The notes: generated from the sequence alone by a model not told the origin. A stretch of 64,000 bases of DNA from Cenarchaeum sp. (GCA_965206845.1 OZ242221.1:1216001-1280000), one strand, 5' to 3'; numbered from the stretch's first letter, positions 10,490 to 20,861 are shown. Made by a program: numbers and translations.

Positions 10490-11409
10490 ATCTCCAAGCT
10501 CTCTCTCCAGCCGGATGCCAGCGCCTCCACACCCTGCCGCCGGAGATCCTGCGCGGTACGGTCCGCCAGATCCCGCGGAGCCCGGCGATCCCCTGCGATC
10601 CTGGCTACGGCAGACTTCTTGCCGTCAGCAGAGAATGCCGCCGCCCTCAGGGTCATTGTGGGGCCATCCACACTGGCATGCGCGCCCAAGGGAAACCGGC
10701 ATCCGGACTCGACGTAGCCTGACAGGGCCCTCTCTGCCTCTGCCTCGAGCCTCGAGTCCGCATCCTCTATTCCCTTTAGCAGTGTGATGAGACCGTGGTC
10801 GTCGGCCCGAGACACCACGGCTAGGGAACCCTGGCCCGGCGACGGCACAAACTCGTCCTCCGGCAATGCGGCAGATATTACGTCCAGGTTCAGCCTGGAG
10901 ATTCCCGCCTGTGCCAGCACTATGCCGTGGTAGTTCGCTCCGTCAATCTTTGCTATCCGCGTCTCAATGTTTCCACGGATGGGCCTTACCCCCACATCGG
11001 GCCTGCTCCTCCTTATCTGGACCGCTCGCCGCAGGCTGCTAGTTCCGATTATGGATCCCCGTGGCAGCGACTGCAGGGACGAGCCGTCTCCGGTGATCAG
11101 GACATCTCTTGCTGACTCCCTTTTTGGGACGCAGGCCAGCGTCAGCCCGTCGGGAAGCTGCGAGGGCACGTCCTTGAGGCTGTGCACCGCAAAGTCCACC
11201 CTGCTCTGCGCCACTGCTGCATCTACCTCCCTCTCAAAGATCCCTTTCTGATCCATGGCAAAGAGGGGGCGCGGATCTCCGTCGCCGGTGGTGCGAATTG
11301 ATTGAATCTGAAACGTTGCCCCGGGGTCTGACTCTGCCAGCCGGTCTGCAACCCACCGGGTCTGCGCCATGGAGAGCCGGCTGCCCCGCGTTCCGATTGT
11401 ATACCTCAA
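10477..11409 (-). CDS. hemC: Hydroxymethylbilane synthase
   Basis: GTRGSRL, AVHSLKD, GTSSLRR, IRGNIETR motifs. Confidence 0.96.
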   Translation of the reverse strand: MRYTIGTRGSRLSMAQTRWVADRLAESDPGATFQIQSIRTTGDGDPRPLFAMDQKGIFEREVDAAVAQSRVDFAVHSLKDVPSQLPDGLTLACVPKRESARDVLITGDGSSLQSLPRGSIIGTSSLRRAVQIRRSRPDVGVRPIRGNIETRIAKIDGANYHGIVLAQAGISRLNLDVISAALPEDEFVPSPGQGSLAVVSRADDHGLITLLKGIEDADSRLEAEAERALSGYVESGCRFPLGAHASVDGPTMTLRAAAFSADGKKSAVARIAGDRRAPRDLADRTAQDLRRQGVEALASGWRESLEMWNR

Positions 11410-12704
11410 TCTCTTATCGCTCCGAGAGCCAGACGGTAGGCGTCAAGGACATGATCCAGATCCTCCCCACTGTGGGCGCTGGACAGAAACACCACCTCAA
11501 ACTGCGAGGGCGCCACAAAGACGCCGTTTTTGAGCAGCTCCGCAAAGAGTCTTCCGAATCTGGCGGCATCGGATCTCTTGGCAGAGTCATAATCTGTGAC
11601 GGGCTCAGCCGTAAAGAAGATCTGCATCATGGACGAAAGGTGGTTTATCTGGGCGTCAATGCCCATGTCTGATGCCAGGTCAGCTACTGCGCGGGACAGG
11701 CCGGCGCACTGCAGCTCCAGATGCGGGTATATCTGATCCTTGATCCGGTTTATCGTCCTAACGGAACTGATGGCGGCACTTACCGCAACGGGGTTTCCGG
11801 CAAACGTGCTTGCCTGGTAGACCCTCCCACCAGGGGTCAGGTTGTCCATGATCTCGCGCCTTCCGCCAACTGCCGCAATGGCAAAACCGCCGCCCAGCGC
11901 CTTTGCAAGGGTTGTGATGTCTGGCTTCACGCCGTAGTGCTGCTGCGCCCCTCCCGGGGAGACGCGAAACCCCGTCACCACCTCGTCAAAGATCAGCGGG
12001 ATATCGTTCTTTTGCGTGATCCTTCTTACCTGCTGCAGAAAGCCATCCTGCGGCAGTATCAGTCCCATGTTTGCCATTACCGGCTCGATTATCACCCCAG
12101 CGACATCCCCGTCCTGTCTGATCGTCTCTTCCAGGCCTGACGGGTCGTTGTACCTTGCCACCAGCGTGTTCTGCGACACCTCCTCCAGGCCTCCTTCGGA
12201 TGTGGAGATCCCGTGGTGGGCCTGGCCGGATCCCGCACTGACCAGAACCGAGTCGTGGGCCCCGTGGTAGCCCCCCTCGAACTTGATTATCTTTCTTCTC
12301 TTTGTGAATCCCCGAGCCAGTCGTATGGCAGTCATAGTGGCCTCAGAGCCCGTATTTACCAGCCTTACCTTGTCCATCGACGGAAAGTTTCCGGTGACGA
12401 GCTCCGCCAGATCTGTCTCCTCGCTGGTGGGCGAACAGTACAGGGTGCCCCGCAGGAGCTGCTCTGACACCGCAGAGATGATCTCCTGCCTCCGGTGCCC
12501 CAGCAGCAGAGCCCCGTAGCCGCAGCAGAGGTCCGTAAGTCGGTTCCCGTCGGCATCCCAGATGTATGCTCCCTGGGATCTTGTAATGAATACTGGGTGC
12601 GGCTCAAAGTACCTGACCGGGCTGTTTACGCCGGAGGGTATGGTCTTGCATGCTCGGTCAAATAGATCCCGGGATCTGGACGGTCTGGGTTGTTCCTGCA
12701 CCAT
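11406..12704 (-). CDS. hemL: Glutamate-1-semialdehyde 2,1-aminomutase
   Basis: GVNSPVR, FDEVVTGFR, APSQFE motifs; start taken at ATG 12704. Confidence 0.95.
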   Translation of the reverse strand: MVQEQPRPSRSRDLFDRACKTIPSGVNSPVRYFEPHPVFITRSQGAYIWDADGNRLTDLCCGYGALLLGHRRQEIISAVSEQLLRGTLYCSPTSEETDLAELVTGNFPSMDKVRLVNTGSEATMTAIRLARGFTKRRKIIKFEGGYHGAHDSVLVSAGSGQAHHGISTSEGGLEEVSQNTLVARYNDPSGLEETIRQDGDVAGVIIEPVMANMGLILPQDGFLQQVRRITQKNDIPLIFDEVVTGFRVSPGGAQQHYGVKPDITTLAKALGGGFAIAAVGGRREIMDNLTPGGRVYQASTFAGNPVAVSAAISSVRTINRIKDQIYPHLELQCAGLSRAVADLASDMGIDAQINHLSSMMQIFFTAEPVTDYDSAKRSDAARFGRLFAELLKNGVFVAPSQFEVVFLSSAHSGEDLDHVLDAYRLALGAIRD

Positions 12705-12854
12705 CACATCTGTCCGGCAGTACCCAATTATCAGTGTTGACCATGCGCGCCTAGGTGTGGGGCAGCCTGCCACATCGGATCGGGCGTGCAGGCCGGTCCT
12801 GGCACACAGATACATGTCCGGTCTTGGCCCCGTGTCCACGCACGGCGGATCGTC

Positions 12855-13541
12855 CTACCTACTGGCTCGGCTGATGGCGCGCACCCTCTTGTATATGGCC
12901 GCCGTAACCGCAGCACCCACAAGGGGGGCCGTCAGGTACAGCCATATGTTATCAAAGATGCCCGTGACTATAGCTGGTGACAGCGAGCGGATCGGGTTCA
13001 TCGACGCACCTGATATCGGCGCCAGGAAGAGAACGTCAAGCGCCACGATTCCGCCGACAACGGATGCTACCACGGCCGCATGAGCCATGCGGAGGCTGAC
13101 GATAAGCAGGATTCCACCCATCAGGAAGACGGTTGCTGCCACCTCTGTCCCAAAGACCAGCGGGGCCCCGTACATGTAGTCCGGGGAGTTGAGGCCCAGG
13201 CTGGCGTGTTCCCCTATGGTGTACTTTACAAAAAGACTTCCGGATACGGCCCCGATTGCCTGGGCCGCGAGATACAGCGGGATTCTTTCCTTCCGTATGT
13301 GCCCTGACAGCGCAAAACCGATGGTTACTGCCGGGTTAAAGTGCGCCATCGAGTATCTTCCAAATATGAACACCACGATGAACAGGCCGACAAAGTGCAT
13401 TGCCGCGATAAACGGCAGGCCCAGAACTGATCCCACGCTCCCATCATACACTATGGATCCCGTGGCTGCCACCAGCAGGCCGAATGTTCCCACCACCTCT
13501 GCCGCAAAGATGACTGCGCTACTGCTCTCGCTCACACCCAA
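12855..13541 (-). CDS. MIP family channel (aquaporin)
   Basis: AHFNPAVT and SGASMNPIRS loops; overlaps the end of arsC. Confidence 0.92.
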   Translation of the reverse strand: MGVSESSSAVIFAAEVVGTFGLLVAATGSIVYDGSVGSVLGLPFIAAMHFVGLFIVVFIFGRYSMAHFNPAVTIGFALSGHIRKERIPLYLAAQAIGAVSGSLFVKYTIGEHASLGLNSPDYMYGAPLVFGTEVAATVFLMGGILLIVSLRMAHAAVVASVVGGIVALDVLFLAPISGASMNPIRSLSPAIVTGIFDNIWLYLTAPLVGAAVTAAIYKRVRAISRASR

Positions 13542-13953
13542 GCTCGTCTGCCAGCTCCCTTATCTTTGACTCGATATGATCGCGGATCTCCCTTACCTCT
13601 TCCAGCGCCCTTCCCTTGGGATCTGGAATCTGCCAGTCCCTGATGTTTTTGGCGAACAGTGCGGGGCATGTATCGTGGTCCACGCATCCCATGTTTATCA
13701 CCGTCGAACCGTCGATCATGTCCTGAGTGAGGTGCTTTGGGGTATTGCCCCTGATGTCGATTCCAACCTCGCCCATGGCATCTGCCACCACAGGATTTAC
13801 TGTGCTACGGGGCACCGTTCCGGCGCTTGCGGCGCAAATATGCGGGGCATGCCTGCGGAGGAATGCCTCAGCCATCTGACTCCTCCCTGTATTCTCCACA
13901 CACACAAACAGGATCCGTGCCACCTTGACCACAGATATGACCATTTTTTTCAT
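13519..13953 (-). CDS. arsC: Arsenate reductase / low-MW phosphatase family
   Basis: CVENTGRSQMAE loop, MGC...CP and W.IPDP motifs. Confidence 0.85.
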   Translation of the reverse strand: MKKMVISVVKVARILFVCVENTGRSQMAEAFLRRHAPHICAASAGTVPRSTVNPVVADAMGEVGIDIRGNTPKHLTQDMIDGSTVINMGCVDHDTCPALFAKNIRDWQIPDPKGRALEEVREIRDHIESKIRELADELGCEREQ

Positions 13954-14022
13954 GATTAAAGTCTGTTCTACTGGTTCTATGGTGTGTATGTGTGCCTAGT
14001 CAGACCGCTGCACTTGTTCCTG

Positions 14023-14160
14023 AGACATGATCCGCAATTAAGAATCGAGCCTTCGATGCCCATAATCTTACAGATGTGTGCTCCAAAGCATGCAACTTTC
14101 GTATGATTGTGCCAAAGATCATGCTCTAATGTGCTTGCGTGCTAATTACGAATCACATCT
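14023..14160 (+). mobile_element. 138-bp MITE, copy 1
   Basis: Imperfect 18-bp TIR (agacatgatccgcaatta ... taattacgaatcacatct), CTG duplicated on both sides, near-identical to three other copies. Confidence 0.9.
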
Positions 14161-14754
14161 CTGCTGCAGTGGCAGGCGTGGTGATTCGCGTCTACTGGGG
14201 CAGGTTTGTGCAGTTGTGTAAGGCCGCCTGCCAACCGATCCGGATCACAGTGTCATGCCGTGTGGGCTTTCGCGGCTGGCCATAATGCCGCCCGAAACTT
14301 TTGGTATGTGGACCAGAGTCATTTGGTTATGCTCGCGAGCCTCAATATTCTGTAGATCGGCTCTTTACGGTTCCACCGGAAGCTCCAATCACACACTGCG
14401 GTTTACATGCTGCCGGATCCTGTATTTTTGCCATATCCTGGCATGGCATGTGATCACGGGCAATCCATCTCCAACTCAAACTTTCAGCAAGCAATTGTGC
14501 ATGACATCTAACACAAAACCCGTATTGTTTTGCCAAAACCTATGACTGTTACCAGGATGTGCGCAGGTAGTTCCGCATGGAGGAATCCCGTGTATGACAT
14601 GTTGCGGTCCGGCCGGTTTTTTTAAAATAAAAAACTCTATAATTTTTACAAATCTGACAATTATGCCCAATCTATTTTATGGATTTATTTCCGGTAATGT
14701 GGTTGTCTGCGAATGTGGCAAACCATTTAATTACTTTGACGATAATTGCTGTTT

Positions 14755-15117
14755 ATGCGAGAAGTTGATTCTGTAAGAAAAGTAAGATCCACAGAGAACA
14801 AAAACATCAGCAAAGCAAAGACGGGTGTCAAAGCAGCCAAGCGATCACTGCGCGCAGCCAAGGAAAAAGTAAAAGCCGCCGAGTCCCGACTGAAGAAGAC
14901 TCAGAGGACTGCCAAAAGGAGCATAGTGCAGGCCAAAAAAGATGCCTTGAAGGATGCAGCGCGGACCAAAAAAGCGGCCAAGGCGGCAAGACGTACAGCA
15001 AAAAAGGCGCCCGACACTACACGAACGACAAGAGCAAAGAAGGCGACCGCCGCCACAAAACCAACAGTGGCAAAGCGTCCAGCACCGCAGAAAACACCAG
15101 AAGATCAAAGTACGTAG
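14755..15117 (+). CDS. Lys/Ala/Arg-rich basic protein (histone-H1-like composition)
   Basis: About 120-aa ORF dominated by KAAK/RTAKK-type motifs. Confidence 0.6.
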   Translation: MREVDSVRKVRSTENKNISKAKTGVKAAKRSLRAAKEKVKAAESRLKKTQRTAKRSIVQAKKDALKDAARTKKAAKAARRTAKKAPDTTRTTRAKKATAATKPTVAKRPAPQKTPEDQST

Positions 15118-15560
15118 TAGAGAACGCTATCTACTAAACTCCTACGGAAATTTGATCAGGGACAGTGTGCAACGCTGGACTCTGACTTTTTTAATTTTGG
15201 CTTATTTTAAAAACACGGCAATGTGTCTTTGTCTGGTATTCGCGGCGTCCCGACTTTTAGCAGCTCATGATCCAAAAGAGATCTTTTTTGAATGGGGCAG
15301 TCCGGATCGCGCTGGCAGGATACAGATCCGTGATTAGTGGGTGTGATCTGTCGGTGATTAAAAAGCGAAAAATATAAAATCTGACATCGAAGAGATGCTA
15401 AGGATCTGCTGTGATGGAATGGTCGTAACTGAAAAGACGACTGCTGCCAGATGTGAAAAATGCCGTGCGTGTCTGACGGCGGCATTCGGATGAGAGCGCA
15501 AACAGTATGCCGATAGAGCCTGTCGGCCCAGCGAAGACAGGGCAGATACTTGCGAACCTG

Positions 15561-15697
15561 GGACTTGATCCGTAATTAAAGATCGAGCCTTTTTCGTCCA
15601 ACACTTACAGAGATGTGTTTCGAAATAAACAAATTTTGCGTGATTATGCCGAAGATTGCGCTATTTTATGCCCGGGCGCTAATTACGAATCAAGTCT
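15561..15697 (+). mobile_element. 137-bp MITE, diverged subfamily copy
   Basis: TIR ggacttgatccgtaatta / taattacgaatcaagtct (16/18), CTG duplication, interior diverged from the 138-bp copies. Confidence 0.8.
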
Positions 15698-15782
15698 CTG
15701 CTTCCGGATTGCCGCATATCTGGCATGGCAGGTTTCGGAGTAGGTGCCCGCGTACAGCAGAGTCTCTGACGGCGCACGGTGT

Positions 15783-16568
15783 CTAGAGCCTGGGCGCTTT
15801 GGCTGCAAAACTGACAAACTTGCGATATGCCAGCTGGCGCCTTCGAGTCTCGGAGGCAATGACCTTGGATAGGGCCTGGCGCTGCTCGGTGCCCTTGAGG
15901 AACTCGATCATGACATCGCAGTCATGTACGGCGCCCAGAAGATCCTGCATGCGTCGAAGTGTCTCTAACGCGCTGCCCGGCGCGTCGCCGGCTATGATCT
16001 CAAGCAGGTACCGCAGCTTCTTGCATCTCACTCTCAACCGGTGCATCTCCTTGACGCGTCCCCTGTCTGCCACCACAACGGGGAGCAGCTCCTCTATGCT
16101 GCCAAAGAGTGGAATGATCAGCCTTCTGAACCTTCTCTCCAGCTTGCCTGCCGGCACCTCCTTTTGCGGGATCACCGGCTCGCGCAGGCGCTCCTGAACG
16201 GCGGCCAGTCTACTGACCTCCTCAAGACAGACGCGCCTCTCCTCTCTCATCTGCTCCAGCAGCTCCCTGACTGCTGCATCCGGCTCGAACCTCTTCAGCC
16301 TCATCATCATGACATCAAGATCGCGAACCCTGTTGCTCATCTTGAAGAGCCTTTTGTAGAGCGTCACAAACCTTTTGGTTCTGCCATTGCGGCGCAACCT
16401 GCCTGGCAGCACCGCGTGGGACGCGCTCAGCCGCCGCACGGCAGTGCGGAGGTCGTGGGTGCTCTTCTCTCCGGGATCTGCCAAGTGCCTCTTCAACCTG
16501 CGTGTGGTGCGCTTGATGCTCCGCTCATGATTCGCCAAAAACGCGTCGGCAGAGATTTTGTACTTCAT
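15783..16568 (-). CDS. CHAD domain protein (polyphosphate-binding)
   Basis: HDLRTAVRRL, VRDLDV, HRLRVRCKKLRY, QDLLGAVHDCDV motifs; very basic. Confidence 0.9.
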   Translation of the reverse strand: MKYKISADAFLANHERSIKRTTRRLKRHLADPGEKSTHDLRTAVRRLSASHAVLPGRLRRNGRTKRFVTLYKRLFKMSNRVRDLDVMMMRLKRFEPDAAVRELLEQMREERRVCLEEVSRLAAVQERLREPVIPQKEVPAGKLERRFRRLIIPLFGSIEELLPVVVADRGRVKEMHRLRVRCKKLRYLLEIIAGDAPGSALETLRRMQDLLGAVHDCDVMIEFLKGTEQRQALSKVIASETRRRQLAYRKFVSFAAKAPRL

Positions 16569-17299
16569 CAGCCATACTTGTCAAGAAACGCGTTGATTCG
16601 CTTCTGGAGCATCTCATCAACCCGCTCTATCTCCAGCTGGCCGTCAATATGACGCAGGCCGTACTTGTCCCTCATTATCTCAAACTCCTTTGCCATCTTC
16701 TTTTGGTACATGATGAACGACTCGAACATGTCGTCTGAGAGCGCCATGTCGGCTCCCGACTCGTAGTGATCCAGGGAGCGGTGCTTTTGAAAGACCCGGT
16801 GCACCAGCTTGTAGGGATCCACATCGATGTAAAATACCATGTCCGGCACCATGGCAAAGCTGTACAGGTCGTGGGACCAGGATCTCGGGATTCCCCGGAC
16901 GGTATTTCTTGCCATCAGGGTGTAGATGTATCTGTCCGATAGGACCACATACCCTGCCTGTAGCGCCGGGATTATCTTGTGCTCCAGCTGGTCTGCAAAG
17001 TCGGCTGCGTAGTACAGCGCTAGGGTTCTCTTTCCGAGGGACGTGTTTCTCTTTGCCTCCAGGATTCCACGGCTTATGAGCTCAGATCTCTTCAGGCCTG
17101 TGTTGAGTACCGCATACCCGTTGGCCTCTAGGTTTGCCGTAATGAGTTCGATCTGTGTGCTCCGGCCCGACGCGTCGGGGCCCTCGATCACAATCAGCCT
17201 CCCCCTGATCTCCAGATCGTGCAGGTACGGTATGCCGTCCTTTACCGAGTCGCCGTACCACCGTATCGGCCGGGCGTGCATCTCATGCGTCTCTTTCAT
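16568..17299 (-). CDS. Thymidylate-kinase-like protein B (variant P-loop)
   Basis: EGPDASGRST P-loop (Lys replaced by Arg), DRYIY motif; overlaps both neighbours. Confidence 0.85.
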   Translation of the reverse strand: MKETHEMHARPIRWYGDSVKDGIPYLHDLEIRGRLIVIEGPDASGRSTQIELITANLEANGYAVLNTGLKRSELISRGILEAKRNTSLGKRTLALYYAADFADQLEHKIIPALQAGYVVLSDRYIYTLMARNTVRGIPRSWSHDLYSFAMVPDMVFYIDVDPYKLVHRVFQKHRSLDHYESGADMALSDDMFESFIMYQKKMAKEFEIMRDKYGLRHIDGQLEIERVDEMLQKRINAFLDKYG

Positions 17300-18053
17300 G
17301 TTGCACCTCCGCGATCCGCTCTAGAATGCCGCCGGGTATCACCTCTTCCATCTTTGCGCGCATTATGTCCTGCTGCTCCTTGATCCCCATGGTTGCATCA
17401 ATTATGGTGAACCCTTCGCTCTCCACCATGGACTCGTACTGCTCGATAATCCTGCTCTGAAATATTCGGTAGCTCTCATAGGGATCCTTGCTTAGGCCCA
17501 TGTCCATTCCGGCCTCGTAATACTTGAGCTTCGGCCTTCCCGCCAGAACCCTGTCCAGGGCCACATCTATCGGAACGCGAAAGTAAAACGCAATGTCGGG
17601 CTTTAGCGCAAAGCTGTACACCTTCCTTACCCATCGGGGATTGCATCCTCGGGTAACGTCCCTGGCAAAGGCGGTATAGGCATATCTGTCGGCCAGCACA
17701 AAGTAGCCGGCCCTGAGCAACGGCATGATGTTTCTCTCAAACCTGTCGGCAAAGTCGGTTGCGTGCAACAGGCTAAATGTGGTGGGAGTGAGGGTGGCCT
17801 TCTTCTTGCCCCGGGAGGTTATCTCCTTTACCATCTCCGACGAGTTCCATTCCGTGAGAAACACCTCCAGATTGTTGTAGCTGAGCCACTTTTCAAGCAG
17901 GTGGATCTGGGTGGACTTGCCGGAGCCGTCGATTCCCTCGACTACCACCAGCTTGCCTGGTATCTTGCGGCCGCGGTTCTGTCTCAGTGACTGGTACCTC
18001 AACTTCCTCTGTCGCACCCACTTGAGTCCATGATCGGTATTGCCATTTTCCAT
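17283..18053 (-). CDS. Thymidylate-kinase-like protein A
   Basis: EGIDGSGKST P-loop, DRYAY motif; start taken at ATG 18053. Confidence 0.88.
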   Translation of the reverse strand: MENGNTDHGLKWVRQRKLRYQSLRQNRGRKIPGKLVVVEGIDGSGKSTQIHLLEKWLSYNNLEVFLTEWNSSEMVKEITSRGKKKATLTPTTFSLLHATDFADRFERNIMPLLRAGYFVLADRYAYTAFARDVTRGCNPRWVRKVYSFALKPDIAFYFRVPIDVALDRVLAGRPKLKYYEAGMDMGLSKDPYESYRIFQSRIIEQYESMVESEGFTIIDATMGIKEQQDIMRAKMEEVIPGGILERIAEVQHERDA

Positions 18054-18156
18054 ATTTAGGTTCTTTTGTAGACCCGGCCCGGCGAATGCGGCAGGGCGGG
18101 AGCCTGATCCATACTCAACAGTAATATTTGTCCGGTGTGTACATGCAGTGGGAATT

Positions 18157-19077
18157 ATGATTACCGTACTTGCCGGTGGTACCGGTTCTGTCAAGATTGT
18201 CCGTGGCTTGGCGTCGCAGGAGAGCAACATTAACGTGATCAGCAACGTCGGGGACAACTACTGGCTGTATGGGATGTACGTGTGTCCCGATATAGACACC
18301 ATAATCTACGGCCTGGCAGACATCCTGGATGTCGAGAGGGGATGGGGAATCAAAAAGGACACTGTCAACTTTCTGAGGCAGATGGAGGTGTTTGGCGAGG
18401 ATACGTGGTTTAGGATCGGCGACAGGGATGCGGCAACCCACCTGATTCGAACCAACATGCTCAAGAACGGGAAGAACCTCAGGGAGATTACCAAGTGGAT
18501 GTGTGAAAAGTTCGCCGTAAGCGCCAAGGTAATTCCGGTGACCGATAACAATGTGGAAACCCGAATCACAACCAAGCGGGGGGATCTTCACCTGCAGGAA
18601 CACTGGGTCAAGTACCGCGGCAAGGACAAGGTGGAGGGAATCCAGTACGTTGGCGTGGACAAGGCAAGGCCCAACCCCGAGGTCATCAGTGCAATCCATG
18701 ACGCAGAATTGGTGGTGCTGGCGCCGGCAAACCCGCTGACCAGCATCGGACCCATGCTGCAGATCAAGGGAATAAGAAAGGAGCTCTCCAAGAAGAAGAG
18801 AAAGGTCGTCGCCATAAGCCCGCTGATTGGAAACAAGTCCATCAGCGGACCCGCCGCAAGCTATATGGAGGCGGCAGGCATCGAGGTCAGCCCCTACGGC
18901 CTGGCCCAAATGTACTCTGACGTGTGTGGAAATATTGTAATCGACACCAAGGACAAGATGCTCTCAAAGAAGATTCAGAGCATGGACATTCGGGTATTTG
19001 AGACGAAGATAACCATGAGGAACAAGCAGGCCGAAGACGCCTTGGCATCCTTTATCATAAAACAAGTCCGCTCATAG
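18157..19077 (+). CDS. cofD: 2-phospho-L-lactate transferase (F420 synthesis)
   Basis: GGTG, NVGD, CPDIDT, F.IGDRD and PANPLTSIGP motifs. Confidence 0.95.
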   Translation: MITVLAGGTGSVKIVRGLASQESNINVISNVGDNYWLYGMYVCPDIDTIIYGLADILDVERGWGIKKDTVNFLRQMEVFGEDTWFRIGDRDAATHLIRTNMLKNGKNLREITKWMCEKFAVSAKVIPVTDNNVETRITTKRGDLHLQEHWVKYRGKDKVEGIQYVGVDKARPNPEVISAIHDAELVVLAPANPLTSIGPMLQIKGIRKELSKKKRKVVAISPLIGNKSISGPAASYMEAAGIEVSPYGLAQMYSDVCGNIVIDTKDKMLSKKIQSMDIRVFETKITMRNKQAEDALASFIIKQVRS

Positions 19078-19078
19078 C

Positions 19079-19711
19079 TTGAATCTGTCTGCCATTATTC
19101 CGGTCAAGAGCTTTGCCAAGGCCAAGTCGCGCCTGGACATAGACAGGGAGAGGAAGGAGGAGATCTGCAGGCTCATGCTAAGGGAGGTTCTGCGGACGCT
19201 GTCCGCATCGGCCAGAGTCGACGAGACGGTTGTGGTCTCCGGTGACAGGGAGGTGCACCATGTTGCAGCAGAGTTCGGGGCGGTTCGGATTGTCGATGAG
19301 AGCGAGAGCGGCGTAAACAATGCGGTGTCTCTGGCAGACAGGTACCTGCTGAAGAACGGCACTGACGCCTCCATCGTCCTGCCTCAAGATATCCCGTTCA
19401 TCAAAAGCCAGGACATCGACTTTCTGCTGGGCTTTCAGTCTCCACCTAGGTTCTCCCTGATCGTTCCCTCACGAAAGTTTGACGGGACAAACGCGCTGGT
19501 AAGAATGCCAGTTGATCTGATGGATACCCACTACGACGAGGACAGCTACCGCATACACCTGAGCGTCGGAAGGACAAAAACCACCAGCACCTCCTTGGTG
19601 TTTGTCAAGAGAATAATGATGGACATAGACACTGTGGAGGACCTGCAATTTGCAGTGGCCAGGAATGCAAAACCAGCCCTGTGCGAAGAGATCAGGCGCA
19701 TCATGGAGTGA
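19079..19711 (+). CDS. cofC: 2-phospho-L-lactate guanylyltransferase
   Basis: IIPVK...AKSRL, DGTNAL, DIDTVEDL motifs; follows cofD. Confidence 0.93.
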   Translation: MNLSAIIPVKSFAKAKSRLDIDRERKEEICRLMLREVLRTLSASARVDETVVVSGDREVHHVAAEFGAVRIVDESESGVNNAVSLADRYLLKNGTDASIVLPQDIPFIKSQDIDFLLGFQSPPRFSLIVPSRKFDGTNALVRMPVDLMDTHYDEDSYRIHLSVGRTKTTSTSLVFVKRIMMDIDTVEDLQFAVARNAKPALCEEIRRIME

Positions 19712-19908
19712 TGGCGCCTCCGCGCCCTCTTGCGACTCTGGCAACGGATCAGCACGCGATCGTGTCTGCCACCCATCTGGGGGCAAGAAAGCGCATTCCG
19801 AGGGGTTCTCTGTGCCTGATTCGGCGCAGCAGGCGATCCTGTGCGCAGATCGGCTAAGCAATAGTTAAATATGAGTGCATAGTAATAGTTAAATATAAGA
19901 TTAAGAGG

Positions 19909-20829
19909 ATGATGGAACTGACAGTCAATAGATCGACAAAGGATAGATGTCCTAGGTGCGCGCAAGGCGGCATACTATCTGACACTACCACCGGCGAAAA
20001 CTTTTGTGACAAGTGCGGATTTGTGCTGTCAGACAAGGCGGCAGCAAGCGGCCCCGAGTGGCGCTCGTTCTCCAAGGATGACGGAACAGACAGGGCGCGG
20101 GCCGGAACCCCGACGTCTCTGGCGATGCACGACATGGGGCTGGCAACGGTAATCGGGCACACCGACAAGGACGCAACGGGAAAACCGCTCTCTGCAAGCA
20201 TGCGCAGCACCATCGAGCGGCTGCGCACGTGGGATAATCGAACACAGGTTCACGAGCCCATTGATCGGAACTACAGGCAGGCATTCTCGGAGCTTGACAG
20301 GCTAAAGGACAAGCTGGCAGTGGGCGACGCGGTGATCGAGAAGGCGGCGTACATCTACAGAAAGGCACTGGAGAAGGGCCTGGTCCGCGGGAGATCAATC
20401 TCGGCGCTGATCGCATCGGCACTGTACGCGGCATGCCGTGACACCCAGACCCCAAGGACGCTTAAGGATATCGGCATCGCAAGCAACGTCAAGAGAAAGG
20501 ATATCACGCGATGCTACAGGCTGCTTCTGCTGGAGCTTGGCCTGAAGATGCCGGTGGTGGATCCAGTAAACTGCATAGCCAGGATTGCCAGTAAGACCGG
20601 CCTCTCAGAGAAGACAAAGAGGGACGCAACCAAGATCTTAAAGACCGCCGAGGAGAGCAAGATCTCCTCGGGCAAGGATCCCATGGGTCTGGCGGCCGCT
20701 GCCCTGTATGTGGCCTGCGTTGCAAACGGGGAGAACAAGACCCAGCGCGATGTGGCAGAGGCGGCAGGGGTGACCGAGGTTACCATAAGAAACAGGTACA
20801 AGGGCCTCAAGCTATCTCTGGATCTGTAG
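19909..20829 (+). CDS. tfb: Transcription initiation factor B
   Basis: Zn ribbon CPRC...CDKCG, GPEWR, two cyclin repeats, GVTEVTIRNRY. Confidence 0.97.
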   Translation: MMELTVNRSTKDRCPRCAQGGILSDTTTGENFCDKCGFVLSDKAAASGPEWRSFSKDDGTDRARAGTPTSLAMHDMGLATVIGHTDKDATGKPLSASMRSTIERLRTWDNRTQVHEPIDRNYRQAFSELDRLKDKLAVGDAVIEKAAYIYRKALEKGLVRGRSISALIASALYAACRDTQTPRTLKDIGIASNVKRKDITRCYRLLLLELGLKMPVVDPVNCIARIASKTGLSEKTKRDATKILKTAEESKISSGKDPMGLAAAALYVACVANGENKTQRDVAEAAGVTEVTIRNRYKGLKLSLDL

Positions 20830-20861
20830 CCGTGCACAAAGGCCGTCGCTAGAGCCAAATC

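Noticed and set aside
14255-14776. Small Cys-rich ORFs between MITE copy 1 and the basic protein
   Set aside because: Overlapping short ORFs on both strands with no recognisable motif; none can be supported
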